Shown piece by piece: positions 1-12,104 of a DNA stretch of 64,000 nucleotides; position 1 is the first letter of the stretch; the number at the start of each line of letters is the position of its first letter. This stretch comes from Mobula hypostoma (Eukaryota). The stretch is taken from the NCBI RefSeq assembly GCF_963921235.1, contig NC_086097.1, positions 221,280,001-221,344,000 of the forward strand. Reading direction: 5' to 3'. A program made the translations under genes and the position numbers. The notes below the pieces were generated by a model. The model had not been told where the DNA came from, made no database searches, and was given only the letters and a program-made list of their open reading frames with translations.

Positions 1-29
1 ACTCACAGGAAAAACATAAAATAGCCATA

Positions 30-835
30 AATTATCCACAGTTTTTACAAGAAAAATAAAATTAGAATAAATAAAAACATTGTCCATTTCAGTGTGATTT
101 GATCCAAGTGCTACTAAATGCTACTAAACTGTAGTGAGGATTAGAGTTTTGCTGTTTAGTTCAAGAACAAAACTGTTGAAGGGTAGTAACTGTTCTTGAA
201 CATGGTGATGTGACACTTCAGGCTCCTGCCCAATGGAAGCCACAGGTAGATGTCATGGACAGCAGGGGTCTTTGATGATGAATGTTGCCTTCTTGAGGGA
301 GTGCCGTCTTCTTGAGGATGTGTTTGTGGTGTATTAGGCAGAGTCCACAACCCACTGCAGCTTCTAACGTCCCAGCACATTTGAAATGGCATTCCAGACC
401 ATAATGCAACTTGTTAGGATAGTTTCCAGTTTGTTAAGAGGTCTCAGTGACAAGCTAAACCTTCTTAATCTCCAAGGAAAGTAAAGACACTGGGGCACTT
501 TCCTTATGATTGCATCCATGTGCTGTCCCCGGACGGGTCATCCAATGCCTAGGAAGTTAAAGCTGCTGTCTCTCTCCACTGCAGATCCCCCAATGTAGAC
601 TGGGACATGTTTGCCTTCCTTCCTTTTCCTGAAGTCACCAATCCACTCTTTAGGTTTGCTGACATTGAGCAAGAGATTACTGTTGTGGCACCACTCAACC
701 CAATGTCCTATCTAGTTCTAGTAAACTGACTCATTCCACCTGAGAATCATCCAACATGAGTGCTGACCACAAATTTGAAGATGGCATTGGAGATGAGTTG
801 AGTTTCGCCACACAGTCATGTGGGTATAGAGTGTA
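30..835 (-). mobile_element. Decayed Rex1/Babar-like LINE, 3' portion
   Basis: Minus ORF 156..392 ends in FKNSYYPS, the C-terminal motif seen in the other Rex-like copies (RFRNSYYPS at 10206..10466). RT remnants continue to about 830. Confidence 0.6.
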
Positions 836-1804
836 GAGTTTGTGTATTTGAACATACATTGAATAGTGATTATGAATCCATGTTTGAAGACAATGATGAT
901 CTAAATTTCATCATAAGCCAATTGCCTTGTCCCATTGCTAACCATTATTTTCTTTATTCTTTTCTTGATGCCATCTGTGCATATTATATAAAGTTAAGTG
1001 AACTGGAAGTAAAAGCACAGCAACTTTAATTCTATTATGCATACTGAAGTCATGAAGCAGTTCAAATTAAATGCCCTTTCCTGTCATTGTTTTAATTGAA
1101 GAGGGGCAAGGAATAAGCACCGTGGTCTTTAAATTATTAAATCTCTGTCTAGAGACGATAGGAGTGTCCATGGTACTTGCATGTTTTCAATACACAAATT
1201 GATTTAACTATTAATAATGCATGGACCACAATAATGGCAGGCAAATCCCTTTGGAGGGGAATTAATATAATAATTTAATTTTTACAAACACAAAAGCTCA
1301 AATAATTCCAATGAACCCTGTGTTAAAAGTGATAGATTTTCTCTGTTCATTAGTCTTTGTGATGTTTATTAAGAGGGCAGTGTTTTAAAGAACTGGTTTA
1401 GAATGACATGGTCAGAAACTATTCAATGAGAATGCAGTTGAACTCAGCCAGGTTATTCTATATGTTTACAAGTTCAGTATAAATATAGACAGGGCTCATC
1501 AGTTCTTCACATCAGATATTAAAAATCTTGATTTTGAAAAATAAACTAAGAGTTATAAGAAGGCAAGTTATTTTCCTTTAGTTTAATGTTAATTAATCAA
1601 AATATTAAAGTAAAGAAAGAAACTTACCTTCTTCTTTGACACCTAAGTCAAGAGGACGTGGATCCTCTCAAATAGGTAATTGACGTTCTGGGGGCAGGGC
1701 ATTTTGTTAATGAAGACTTGGCTACTTGTTGCAGTGTATACCATGAAAATGTGCACTCTGGCTCTTGAGGAGAATATTTTAAGGTGAAGGATGACCTTTT
1801 AAAG

Positions 1805-2012
1805 TGAAATGCTGGAGGAGCTCAACAGGCCAGGCAGCATCTATGGGAATGAGTAAGTAATAAAGGACCATTGCAGGCAATGGAGAGAGAATCCTAGAGA
1901 GGTGGGTATAATCCCAGGGTCCTGATGAAGGGTCTCGGCTCGAAACTTTGACTGTTTATTCGTTTCCATAGATGCTGCCTGGCCTGCTGAGTTCCTCCAG
2001 CATTTTGTGTGT
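1805..2012. mobile_element. Penelope-like element remnant (inverted terminal segments) with degenerate minimal hammerhead
   Basis: AAATGCTGGAGGAGCTCAACAGGCCAGGCAGCATCTATGG is the near reverse complement of about 1966-2005. CTGATGA lies at 1922-1928 and GAAAC at 1942-1946. Same family as the GIY-YIG element at 62 kb. Confidence 0.7.
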
Positions 2013-2496
2013 GCTGCTCCTGATCAAGTAGGCTGCTATGCTGTGGAAGCTGCCTTACTCACCCGTCTAGGGTAACGAAGTGCCTTCTATCAAAATGCTG
2101 AATGTGTTTGGAAATGGCAGAGAGGCTTTGGAGAGTAAAGAGGTTGAACACTCGCTATAGGATGTCCAATTCAGATTTGCTCTTGTAATCGTCACTTTTA
2201 TGTGAGTTCATCTGCTAAGTTTCTAAGTAACCCAGAAGATATTGATAGTAGAAAATTGGGCAGGGTGACACCACGAAAAGTCCCTGTGGACTTTGTCATG
2301 TTGTGACTTTTGTATGACTTTGATATGAATAATATCTGAGGTAGGAAAATATTAATAATGAGTGAGTTGGCCATAACAATAAAATAATGAATGAAGATTT
2401 TGGAAGGAAAATTTACTTATATTACTCTTTTCCACTTCTGCTGTCTAGCAGACACATTAAGAAGGCTTGGGTATTCAGTCAGACTTCAGTACAAAG

Positions 2497-2756
2497 TCAG
2501 CTGGTGGCGCAGTGAGATCAGCGCCGGGCTCGAGAATGGCGGTTCCTGAGTCCGACCAGTGACAGGCCGCCCCCGTGCACCCTCTCCATCCGCACTGGGT
2601 TAATGTCGAGCTCGCAACTCGGCCTCATAAAATAATACTGTGAAATGTCTGTGTGAGGAGTGGCGCCCCACACAGCCTTTCGAACTGCGCCTTGTAAGGC
2701 ACGAAAATGCCCGACGCTGGCCTGTCAGGTCTGAGTCGACGTCATCATCATCGTCA
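2497..2756 (+). mobile_element. tRNA-derived SINE with 11-bp TSD
   Basis: Box A-like TGGCGCAGTGAG and box B-like GAGTCCGACC in the head, (CAT)n-like tail, flanked by TCAGTACAAAG at 2486-2496 and 2757-2767. Confidence 0.7.
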
Positions 2757-4446
2757 TCAGTACAAAGGGACTACACCCGATGATGAAGGCTCTTCTTCAT
2801 CTTGGTCTCCAATTACTTCAACAGATGAGTTCGTGGATACCTTAAAGGATGAAGGGACAGGAACAGAGTTACTGACACATCTGAGAATTGTTCTCTGATT
2901 AGAAGGCCCAGGATAACTTAGGTTTAAGTCCTGCTTGCAAGGGCTGCATCGGCAGTAAATTAGTTTCAGTTAACAGGCCTCATCATCCTGCAGATCTGAG
3001 CCTCGGACACTCAGAAGCAGCCTGAGGAAGCACAGGTATGATCCCATTATATCTGTGGTGATGGGGATGATCTGATCCTCACCACTAATCCAAATACTTT
3101 AGCCTAATCCTGCACTCATTCATTCTCCAGCATACCATGGCTATAATGTGCGGCGACACATCAAAGTTTCTTTAACTCTCCCGAGACTTGTCTTCTGGAA
3201 ATAAAATACATCAAAATGAACTGCATTGCTGTCACCTTTAAATTCTCTGCAAAACAACATAGCATTCTGTGATTAATGTAATTTCTGAACATTAATCAGC
3301 ATTCTTTCATTGATGTTGTGTCTAAATCCTGGAATCCAACACCAGACAGCGCTGTGAGAGTACCTTATCATAAGATCTGTGGGCATTCAAGGAAAGTCAG
3401 ATCATCACCTCACCAAGGACAACTAGTAATGTACATTAATGTCAGCCTGCCAGAAATGCCTTGATCTTTATTAAAACAAAACTATGTAGAAACATTGGAC
3501 TATTGGTAATGTAAGGCTTGGTTTGTAGTGTTCAGTTATAATTTATTTTTATAAACTACTGGTTTTCAGTATTATGTCTTTCCTGAAAATCTTGAGGGAG
3601 GACTGAAATTTCAAATCCACCAGGAAAAATCAACCAGCATATATCAGATGTTCTGCTGACATATTAAAATTTCTGTACATGTGGCACATGTGTTATCATT
3701 AAAAAAGAACACTAGGAATTGTCTTATACTTGGTTTGTCAGAGTACCCTCAAGCAATTGCTGCCTTGAATTGTAACCTTTACCTGCTTGCTTCCTACCAC
3801 ATGGTGAAGATGGGAAAAGGGAGTCTGAAAGTGATTTGTAACTAAAAGCATCACTCTTATTTTTCTGTTACTTTACATTTTCCCCTATTCTTCTTGTTAG
3901 GTCCATGGTCACTTTCAAAGAGATAGGCAAACTGCTCTACATTTCCATCTACTGCTCTGTGATTTTCTATAAGACCATAAGACATAGGGGCAATATTAGG
4001 TCATTTGGCCCACAAAATCTGCTCCAGCATTCGAACATGGCTGATTTATTGTTCCCTTTCAACCCCACTCCTCTGCCTTCTTTCCGCAACCTTTGACACA
4101 CCTTCTATTCTCAAAGACAGCGGATGAAGATATCTTAAGAGCAGAGTCAATGAGATGAGAGGAGGAATTCTTGATGAATAGAATAGATATGATTGGCAGT
4201 CTGCTTTCCATTTCTCCCATTTGTTTTCCAATTGTTATTTGCTTCAGCTGCCCTTTCTGCACAATGAAAATCACTACTTTCCAGTTTGTTGGTTACGACT
4301 AAGTGTTATACTATTTCAGCCACTCACTTAATTTATTGAATGAACAGCGCTCATCCTGCCAATGTTTCATTGTCATTTTAAATGCTTACTGTTGCAATCA
4401 CTTGTTTCAGGATTGGAAGGCTATCTTAGCTATTGAATATTGAAAG

Positions 4447-4805
4447 ACCTAGATAGAGTGGACATGGAGAGGATGTTTCCAGTCGTGGGGGAGCTTAGGA
4501 CCAGAGAGCACAGCCACAGAATACAAGGACACCTCTTTCAAACAGAGATGAGGAGGAATTTCTTTAGGCACAGGTGGTAAATCTCTGGAATTAATTGCCA
4601 GACAGCTGTGGAGGCCAAGTCGTTGACTATTTTTAAAGTGGAGGTTGATAGGTTGTTGATTACAAAGGGCGTCTAAGGTTGCAGGGAGAAAGCAGGAGAA
4701 TGGGGTTGAGAAGGATAATAAATCAGCTATGGTAGAATGCTGGAGCATCCTTGATGGGCTAAATGGCCTAACTCTGTTCCTATGTCTTAAGGTCTCTGGT
4801 CTTAT
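4447..4805 (+). mobile_element. CR1 LINE 3' fragment
   Basis: Reads LDRVDMERMFPVVGELRTREHSHRIQGHLFQTEMRRNFF, followed by a CR1-type 3' UTR like other copies in the window. Confidence 0.75.
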
Positions 4806-4979
4806 TTTATGATTGTCATTAAGAAATTGCGATACTAGTTCTTTTTTCTTGGGAAATTAAGCGGAGCATTGGATTCTTATCTGATGGGATACAATACATT
4901 GAGCAATAATAACCTGTAATTTTATAGTGCCTTTATGAAGAAAATGAACCCAAAATTTCTTTTCCATTCCTGATCAGCC

Positions 4980-5455
4980 CATTGCAGGAAAACAGTATCC
5001 ATCTTCCAGAACACCAACCACCCAGGGTATGCTCTCTTCTCACTCCTGCTATCAAGAAGAAGATACAGGAGCCTCAGGACTCACACCACCTGTTCAGGAA
5101 CAGTTATAACCCCTCAACCATCAAGCTCTTGAATCACTGGGGATAAGTTCACTTGCCCCATCACTGAACTGTTCCCAAAACTTATGAACTCACTTTAAAA
5201 GTCTCTTCATTTCATGTCCTCGATATTTATTGCTTATTATTTATTATTATTATTATTATTTTTTCTTTTCTATTTGCATTTTGTTGTCTTTTGCGTGTTG
5301 GTAGTTTGTCTGCCCTGTTGGATGTGGTCTTTCATTGATTCTATTATGGTTCTTGGATTTATTGAGTATGCCCAAAGAAAACGAATCTCAGGGTTGTAAA
5401 TGGTGACATAAACTGTGTAATAAATTTACTTTGAATTTACCTTGAACTTTGAACC
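4980..5455 (+). mobile_element. Rex1/Babar-like LINE 3' end
   Basis: HPGYALFSLLLSRRRYRSLRTHTT motif, then the AATAAATTTACTTTGAA(CTTTGAA)n tail. Confidence 0.65.
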
Positions 5456-5579
5456 TCTGCCATTTATCTTGATTCATTCCTGTACAGTTCTGATTGGCAT
5501 ATGATAAAATAAATATTCTCCTGAAGAGAATACAGTAAGGATTTAGAAGAATGATACCAGAAAAATTAGGATGTATGTA

Positions 5580-6379
5580 CAGTGGATTCCAGTTAATTAG
5601 GCACATCAGGGTCAGTACATTTTGGACCAATTAAGCAGCTGCCCCAATTAGCTGAAGTTTCATGGAAATAGTTAAAAAGCCATAAAAAAGTCAAACTACC
5701 ATTTAACTGAGTAACAAATTATGTATTTAAATGAAGTACAGAACAAATTAGAACACTACCAATGCTACTACAGTGGTCTAACACTGTGCATTAGTTCCTG
5801 TGTATGTGTTGAGTCCAGTGTCCACTCTGCTTAGGACAGGATATATTATATTCGACTGCAGACTGCTGCAACATTCATGGACTCAGGGACTTGGACTATA
5901 TTTTTTTATGTGTCTGTATTTTACTGCTATCTTATATGTGTTATATGTGCCTTGTAATGTGTATGACTGTACTGTTTTGCATCTTGGACCCGGAGTAATA
6001 TTGATTTGTTTGGCTGAGTTCATGGGTATTCACGTATGATTGAATGACAATTAACCTTGAACTTGAACTTACTGCTTATTTTTTGCCAACCATCACTGAC
6101 AAAAATCACTGCTTTCTGAACAGAAATACATGCAACTGATGCTATTTAACAATTGATTTCTCTAAGCACTGTGTAGTGACTAACGGCCACACAAGTGCAC
6201 GCAACAGACACTAGTTAGAAATTGTTCAGCAAGTCTCCCGCCCCAGTTAAGTGGCACAGTGTCCCAATTGAACGGATGGCATACTGGCTATTTTTTCCAT
6301 TAGTTTTTGTTCTTTAATAGATGTCCCAAATAAATGGCTGCTCTGATTAACAGATGGCCCAGTTAACCGGTATCCACTG
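5580..6379. mobile_element. Non-autonomous Tc1/mariner (pogo/Tigger-like) DNA transposon nested in a CR1 fragment (about 5520-6660)
   Basis: TIRs CAGTGGATTCCAGTTAAT / GTTAACCGGTATCCACTG with TA on both sides. The CR1 reading frame (MIPEKLGCM|YEEKMKRL) is split by the insert. Confidence 0.65.
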
Positions 6380-8514
6380 TATGAGGAAAAGATGAAGAGA
6401 CTGTGCCTAATTTTCTCTTAAGAAAATAAGGCTGAAGGCTGACTTAATAGATGTCTATGAAATTATGAAAGGGATTGTTACATTGGATGCAGAGAGAATC
6501 TTTCCACATTCAGGGAAGAGCACATCTAGAATAGGTGCACTTAAGTAGAACATACAGATTAAAGTGTAGAGGATTATGCTGTTGGATGTGGATAAAGACA
6601 GTAAGGATGAGGCCTCAAATAGAATGTAAACTGATTGAGTTGAATGACCATGATCTGATTCCTGATAAAAATAAATATAAGTATAGCACTCTAAGACTAG
6701 TCATAATTGCCATGATTAAAAACTTCAGATGTGAATATTGTGTCCACCAAAATTTGTATGAAGATTTTTTTATCACATTGATTATTTCAATATATCCACA
6801 GATACAAAGTTCTCCAAAATTTTTGAAGAATTGCTTAATTAAGTTCAAATGCATGAAATTGAGAGAAACCTGATAAATATTGTAGCAAAATGTTTCTTAA
6901 ATTCTTGTCATTAGATTAAATGAGTTCAAGATTTTCTACTTTTTTTTTACATTTGAACTTCTTTGTACGATGGCAAACTTAGCCTCCTGGAAATAAAACC
7001 TGGCTGGATTTTGCAGCTGGATACATTACAACCCAAAGGGCTCTGCTTTGATACATGGACTTGCCTCTAGCAAACAAATGTCTACACATACTGTAGATGA
7101 GTCGCCACCTTGGCAGAGCTAATGATAAAAATGTGATATAATAGTTTATTATACAAAGCTTATACAGACAAATAAAATCTTTCTACATACGAAATAACAC
7201 ATTGGAAGCCACTTAATTTTACTGGCATGATTTTTACTACAGATATTTGCAAGTTTAATTACCATAATACTGAGATAAAAACTTCAGCGAGCTATCAGTC
7301 ACAAATAGAGTAAAGCACAGCTGACCTTGTCTTTGTTTTCAGTATCAAGCTGTGCAACGTGTACACAGAAGCTTTGATTTTCTCGATTTTACAAAGATAG
7401 TTCCTAAATAAACATTAATTATGTTAAATTGAATTACTTTTTTTGTCAGTATGAGGAAATGTATTTGCCAAATCTGGCAATGTTACATAAAGTAAAACTA
7501 CAAGTCAAATGTTTGTTGACTTTTCTCAACAATGACATTTGCATAAATTTGGTGGGGAAAACACTAATGATTCGCCAAGTGAGCCTTGGTAGATTCTTGA
7601 GGAAGTGACATTTCAGTGGGGAGCTAGAGATAGGCTAAGCTGAGAACTCAGATAGGGACAACTTCATGATACAATTTAAATGAAGTCATACTTTTGTTGG
7701 CTTCTTTTGGGGATATGAATCTTAAATCCAGCTTCACATATCATAGTAGTCCAATACAAACGAAATGCACTGATATTCCTGGCAATCAGAGTCATTATAA
7801 TTTCAGTGACAGAATGTGCCATTTTGCAGTATGTATTTTGAATGGACTGCCCCAATTTTTGATGGGATTCATTTACCGACTGCTCAGTCCTGGTTAAAAG
7901 TTCTGCACTTTTCAGAAGGCTGGAGTGGAATACTTCCCTGCCTGAATTCCTGAAGCACACTTGGTTACACAGGAAACCAGTACTCCACCGGACAAAAATC
8001 TTACTCCCTTTCTGCTGAACTATTGAACATGGCCATAACATGAAAATGACAATGTCATTGTCTAAGGCAATTTTTTGGCTCTTTCTAATTTCACCTGGTT
8101 CTGTCTTCAGCTGGAAATACAAAGTTGATGATGTGTTCAATGTGATATCCAGGTTATTCAGAAAGCACTTGCAAAATATTAGTCACTGTGCACTACGCTA
8201 CACCACTCATTTTCTGTGCAATTCTCCATGGTACTTGAGATTGATTTTCTCTTAAAACACGGGAAATAGAACTTTATGGTGGGGGAAGAGTTGGTCATAC
8301 ATCCTTTGTTTTTTTAATCAAACTCTGCAGTGCATTCGGAGATTAACTGAAACCCATGTGCTCATCCTATTAAAAGGCTACTTTGGCAGGATCCAAGCAT
8401 GCTGTCTCACATTAAGATTGAGATTCAAATTTATTTATCACATGTACATTGAAACATATATATGCTGAATAGTAAAGTCCTGAGCTGATTAACTGGCTGG
8501 GTTGTTCATTGAAA

Positions 8515-10475
8515 TCTTTAACCCCTCGTGTCGGCAGACTAAGGTACCTAGCTGCTTCTAGCAGGCTTCAATTATACTGGTGCTTAAGAAGAACATTGTA
8601 AACTGCATCAATGACTGTCATCCAGCAGCACTTACATCCACAGTGACGGAGTGCTTTGAGAGGTGGTCATAAAACATATCAACTGCTGCCTGAGAAGTGA
8701 CTTGGATCCACTGTAATATGCCTACTGGCAAAACAGGTCCGCAGCAGATGTCATTTCATTAGCTCTTCACCCACCTCTGGAACATCTGGACAGCAAAGAT
8801 ACATACACCTGGATGCTCTTTAGCCATTACAGCTTGGCATTCAATACTGTCATCCCCTCAAAATTAATCAATAAGCTTCAGGACCTTGGCCTCAATACCT
8901 CCTTGTGCAATTGGATCTTCAAATTCCTCATTTGCGGACCCCAGTCAGTTTGAACTGGCATCAACATCTCCTCTGCAGTCTGCATCAGTACAGGTGCACC
9001 ACAAGGCTGCATACTTAGCCCCCTGCTCTACTAGCGTTATACTTATGACTGTGTGGCTAAGCACAGTTCCATTGCTATATTTAAGTTTGCTTATGACAAC
9101 ATTGTCGCAGGCTGAATTAACGGTGGTGATGAATCAGAATATAGGAGAGAAGACTGAAAATCTGGTTGAGTGGTGCCACAATAACAACCTCTCACTCAAT
9201 ATCAGGAAGACCAAGAAGCTGATTAATGACTTCAGGAGGAGGAAACCAAAAGTCTGTCAGCCAGTTCTCACTGGGGGATCAGAGGTGGAAAGGGTTAGCA
9301 CCTTTAAATTCCTCAGTGTTATCATTTCAGAGGACCAGTTCTGGGCCCAGCATGTAAGCGCATGTAAGGGGTTTCTTCCTTTATGTTACTGCGTAAGCTA
9401 ATTAAAATGACTTCTTTGTTATGTTAACTACAGAGGAGGTTCTCACGCTGACAGCTTGTTTGGGTTATGGAGCGAGTTGTATTCAGTTGCTAACCAATTA
9501 GGATAGATGTTATTCTTTCTTGTGTCTGTAAGCTACTGTGATGCGCTGTTTTTTTGGGCAGAAGGCACGATGGGGACAGAGAGAGTGGACACGATGCTGT
9601 GAGCTGGCCGACGGGACGGACCCTGAGCTGGAGTCCGAGGTCCATGGTCTTCGGCAAAGAGAGGAGACGAAGACAGACTCGTGTGGAGCGTCTGGTCGAC
9701 CACCATGGTCGGTCCCAGGTGGGGGGTCGAGGTGGTGAGAGGGGATCGAATGGTGAAAAGAGAATCGTTACTAGAGCTCCAACTGTTTGTGCACGAAGAG
9801 GATGAATCTTGATAAGTTTGTCGTCTTTTACTTTCCTTTTATATTTTATCTCTATTAATTATATAGCTCCAGTAATATCTATAAATTGTAATCATTTATT
9901 CGTATATGGTGTATCGTCTGTTATTTGGCGGGGTGGGGTACATCACACAGCATCCACACAAACTTGATTACCCAGTCTGGCGGGGCCGAAGGCTGCTTGC
10001 CCCAGACGACAGCGAGTTGAGTGAGCCTGAGGCTTACTGGGGCGGGGCGGGGGGGAGGGGGTGCTACACGCAATTACGAAGAAGGCACGGCAACACCTTT
10101 ACTTCCTTAGGAGGTTGCAAAGATTCATAATGACATCTAAGATATTGACAAACTTCTACAGATGTCTGGTGGAAAGTATGCTGACTGGCTGCATCACAGC
10201 TTGGTATGGAATTTTCCTGGTACGGAAAATCCAAAAGAAAAAACCAGACTATCGTGAGTAGAGCTCTCCCCACCACTGAGCACATCTACACAGAATGTTG
10301 TTGCAGGAAAGCAACATCCATTGTCAGGAACCCCAACCACCCAGAACATGCTTTCTTCTCACAGCGGCCATCAGAAAGAAGGTACTGGTGCCTCAGGACC
10401 CACACCGCGAGGTTCAGGAACAGTTATTACCCCTCAATCATCAGGCTCCTGTATCAGAGGAGATAACTTCACTCA
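8515..10475 (+). mobile_element. Rex1/Babar-like LINE (RT pseudogene), interrupted by a solo LTR
   Basis: TGAPQGCILSPLL and LVEWCHNNNLSLN motifs, VERVSTFKFL, KKARQHLYFLRRL and RFRNSYYPS. The tail resumes at about 11900 after a CR1 insert. Confidence 0.85.
9363..10068. mobile_element. Solo LTR (706 bp) with 4-bp TSD
   Basis: Begins TGTAAG and ends GCTACA, flanked by CGCA (9359-9362 and 10069-10072). Removing it restores the LINE frame WAQHVSA|ITKKARQ. Confidence 0.85.
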
Positions 10476-10479
10476 ACCA

Positions 10480-11895
10480 TCGGTAGATTCTGGCATTGTA
10501 TCGGATGACTGGAAAATTGTCAGTGTTACTCCGTGAGAAACAGCAGAAAGGAAACTATAGACCTGTTTGCCTGACATTAGTGGTTGGGAAGTTGTTGGAA
10601 TTGATTGTTAGGGATGGGATTACAAAATACCAGGATGCACATGACAAGATAGGCCAAAGCCAGCATGGTTTCCTGCCTGACTAACTTACTGCAATTTTTT
10701 GAGGAAATTATAAACAGGGTAGACAAAGGAGATGCAGTAGATGTGATATACTTGGATTTTCAGAAGGCCTTTGACAAGGGGCCACACATGAGACTGCTTA
10801 GCAAGATAAGAGCAAGTGGAATTACAGGGAAGTTACTAGCATGAGTGGAGCATATCTGATTCACAGAAAACAGAGAGTGAGAAGAAAGGGATCCTATTCT
10901 GGCTGGTTGCCTGTTACCAGTGAAGTTTCACAGGGATCAGTGTTGGGATCATTGCTTTTTACGATGTATGTCAATGATTTGGACTATGGGATTAATGGAT
11001 TTTTGATTAAATTTGCCAATGATACAAAGATAGGTGGACTTAGATAATTTAGGGGAATGAGCAAAGAAGTGGCAAATGAAATACAATGTTGGAAAGTGTA
11101 TGGTCATGCACTTTGGTGGAAGAAATAAACGGGCAGACTATTATTTAGATGGAGAGAGAATTCAAAATGCAGAGATGCAAAGAGACCTGGGAGTCTTGTG
11201 CAGGATACCCTCAAGGTTAATTTCCAAGTTGAGTCAGTGGTGAAGAAGGCGAATGTTGGCATTCATTTCTAGAGGTATAGAATATAAGAGCAGGGGTGTA
11301 ATGTTGAGGCTATAAGGCACTTGTGAGACCATACTTGGAGTACTGTGTGCAGTTTTGGGCTCCTTATTTTAAAAAGGACATACTGACATTGGAGAGGGTT
11401 CAGAGAAGATTCATGGGACTGATTCCAGGAATGAAAGGGTTACTGTATGAGGAATGTCTGACAGCTATTGGGCTATATTCCCTGGAGTTCAGGAAAATGA
11501 GGGGGATCTCACAGAAACATTCCAAATGTTAAAAGGCCTGAACAGATTAGATATGGCAAAGTTATTTCCTATGGTAGGGGAGTCTAGGACAAGAGGGCAC
11601 AACTTCAGGATTGAAGGACGTCCATTTAGAACAGAGATGTGAAGAAATTACTTTAGTCAGAGGGTGGTAAATCTGTGGAATTTGTTGCCACGAGCGGTTG
11701 TGAAGGCCAAGTCATTGGGTGCATTTAAGGCAGAGATAGATAGGTTCTTGATTAGCCAGGGCATCAAAGGGTGTGGGGAAAAGGCGGGGGAGTGGGGCTG
11801 ACTGGAAGAATTGGATCAGCCCATAATTGAATGGCAGAGCAGACTCGATGGTCCGATTAGCCTACTTCTGCTCCTATATCTTATGGTCTTATGGT
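10480..11895 (+). mobile_element. CR1 LINE, 5'-truncated
   Basis: NYRPVCLT, DFQKAFDK, QGSVLG, KFANDTK and [11 protein letters not shown] motifs, with a (TCTTATGG)n tail. Confidence 0.9.
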
Positions 11896-12104
11896 CTAGC
11901 TTCACTTGCTCCATCACTGAACTGTTCCCACTACCACTTTCAAGGACTCTTCATCTCATTTCCTTGATATTTATTGCTTATATATTTATTTATTAATGTT
12001 GTATTTTTTAGCTCAAGCTTGTAAAACCTGAGGTATGGGCATAGCCAAGCACATTTATTTCTCAATTGCAAAGAACTTTCAGACTATTCTGTGTGATGCT
12101 AAGT

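Noticed and set aside
7676..8140. 154-aa minus ORF as a host exon
   Set aside because: No recognisable domain, non-ATG start and no supported splice structure.
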